A DNA stretch of 64,000 nucleotides from positions 14,136,001 through 14,200,000 of the forward strand of contig NC_043020.1 of the NCBI RefSeq assembly GCF_006345805.1, given 5' to 3'. Origin of the DNA: Octopus sinensis (Eukaryota). Made by a program: the position numbers and the translations under genes. The notes beneath the pieces were generated by a model. That model was not told the DNA's origin, searched no databases, and saw only the letters and a program-made list of their open reading frames with translations. Below, in pieces: positions 62,167 through 64,000 of the stretch (position 1 is the first letter of the stretch; each line of letters opens with the position of its first letter).

Positions 62167-62589
62167 GACGATGATGATGAGGGTATATCAGCTGAAACAT
62201 TGTGTTAACACCAAACAAGATGAGGACAAATATCCGTCAAATAATATGCACATGTACACACATACATACACATACACACACATACATACATGAATACGTA
62301 CACGCATAAACATAAGCACATCTACATACACATAAACACTTACATACACATATACATACATACACACACAAATATGTACATGCTTATACATATGCATGTA
62401 TACAGATGTATACATACGCATACATACATGAGTACATAAATGCATACACATATACACATAGACACATAAACATATAAAAATAGACATATGTACATACACA
62501 TAGACACACACACATATATATACACACACATGCATACACAATCACACATAAGTACACATATACATGCATACACAAATACATACATGTAT

Positions 62590-63247
62590 ATCCATATGCA
62601 CATATACACACAGATACATATACATACACACATATGCACACACATACACATACATAGTCCATATGCACATATACACGCAGATACATATACATACACACAT
62701 ATGCACACACATACACATACATAGTCCATATGCACATATACACGCAGATACATATACATACACACATATGCACACACATACACATACATAGTCCATATGC
62801 ACATATACACGCAGATACATATACATACACACATATGCACACACATACACATACATAGTCCATATGCACATATACATGCAGATACATATACGTACACACA
62901 TATGCACACACATACACATACATAGTCCATATGCACATATACACACAGATACATATACATACACACATATGCACACACATACACATACATAGTCCATATG
63001 CACATATACACACAGATACATATACATACACACATATGCACACACATACACATACATAGTCCATATGCACATATACACACAGATACATATACATACACAC
63101 ATACACATACATAGTCCATATGCACATATACACGCAGATACATATACATACACACATATGCACACACATACACATACATAGTCCATATGCACATATACAC
63201 ACAGATACATATACATACACACATATGCACACACATACACATACATA
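62590..63247. repeat. 67-bp minisatellite built from CA/TA microsatellite (~10 units)
   Basis: tagtccat at 62655, 62722, 62789, 62856, 62923, 62990, 63057, 63112 and 63179. Confidence 0.9.
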
Positions 63248-64000
63248 GGTTTCAGTCCAAAGAATCATATATAGTGACTACAAACAACATCAAGCAGATT
63301 TCACTTTACTATAAAAATAAGGATAATATTTAGGTCAGATTCTGAAACTAGTTTCACAGCAAGCCATGAAGTAAAAGGGTGTTAGTTGAGTGTTGAGGAC
63401 CCAAGGAGGAAGCTTAGCTATCATATGTCTTTCTAAAGTGATAACTGCACTCATATTTAGGTCATGTCCTTCATAACAGAACCAGCAAAATCAGAATTCA
63501 ATGCAAAAGAAAAAAAACACATAAATTAATGAAATTGTCCTCATCATCATGATCACCATCATTGTCAAGGTTGCTGTAAGCAGCATCAGCAATAGGTACA
63601 TATGAATGCATGGTTGCGTAATGCATGGTTGCGTAACATGCATACATACATGGTGGCTGCTCCCTCGTTATCAAGTATGGCCATTGCACGAAGCTTAATC
63701 AATGTTGTTATCGTGCAATGCCTGTGCAAGAAGATTTTTTTAAAGTGAGGAAAATCTGTGCAGAGTCAATCCCACTCACTAAGCAACAGCAGCCATAATC
63801 TGAAAAGAAGAACAAGTCAACATCATTGGTAACCACTGAGCCACAGGTTTTATGTCGGAGTTATCCCAGTTACCTGAGTTACCGTCTCCTAGAAGGATGC
63901 CCTAACAAAGGCTAGGAATCCTTCACTCCCAATGGTTTAACCGCGCGATCGGGTATTCAGTCCGATTATTTCTATGTCCCTGCGCATGATACAGCCTTAA

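Noticed and set aside
62168-62215. Second hammerhead at the Penelope 3' end (tgatgag...gaaacattgtgt)
   Set aside because: The 5' core and stem I are replaced by a GAT microsatellite and stem II is poorly paired; too degenerate to call.

Overview
Eukaryotic, AT-rich, repeat-dense genomic DNA, most likely a coleoid cephalopod (Octopus sp.). This is judged from recalled SINE/LINE families and heavy microsatellite load, not from a database search. There is one well-supported host gene: a single-exon-CDS RBM15/Spenito orthologue on the minus strand (3 RRMs + C-terminal SPOC; first ATG 22175, stop 19731, 814 aa). It sits inside a ~19-kb zone lacking the dominant SINE. The rest is nested mobile DNA: ~23 copies of a tRNA-headed CORE-like SINE, other SINEs, RTE-type 3' ends with internal tandem repeats, CR1/L2 and Penelope fragments, a decayed Ty3/gypsy element, four Tc1/mariner-superfamily remnants, piggyBac-type MITEs, an 8-bp-TSD MITE cluster and foldback elements. 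Most ORF-track entries are microsatellite or TE artefacts. Best leads: (1) a two-uORF chain ending in a TGATG stop/start overlap on the RBM15 start codon, enclosed by a candidate 100-nt 5'UTR intron; (2) a candidate 3'UTR intron; (3) a TGT..ACA/4-bp-TSD palindromic element with an adjacent template-switch duplication; (4) mirror-image CR1 insertions in both arms of one foldback element; (5) a degenerate Penelope-type hammerhead motif. All alignments were done by eye; TE boundaries without TSD/TIR support are approximate.
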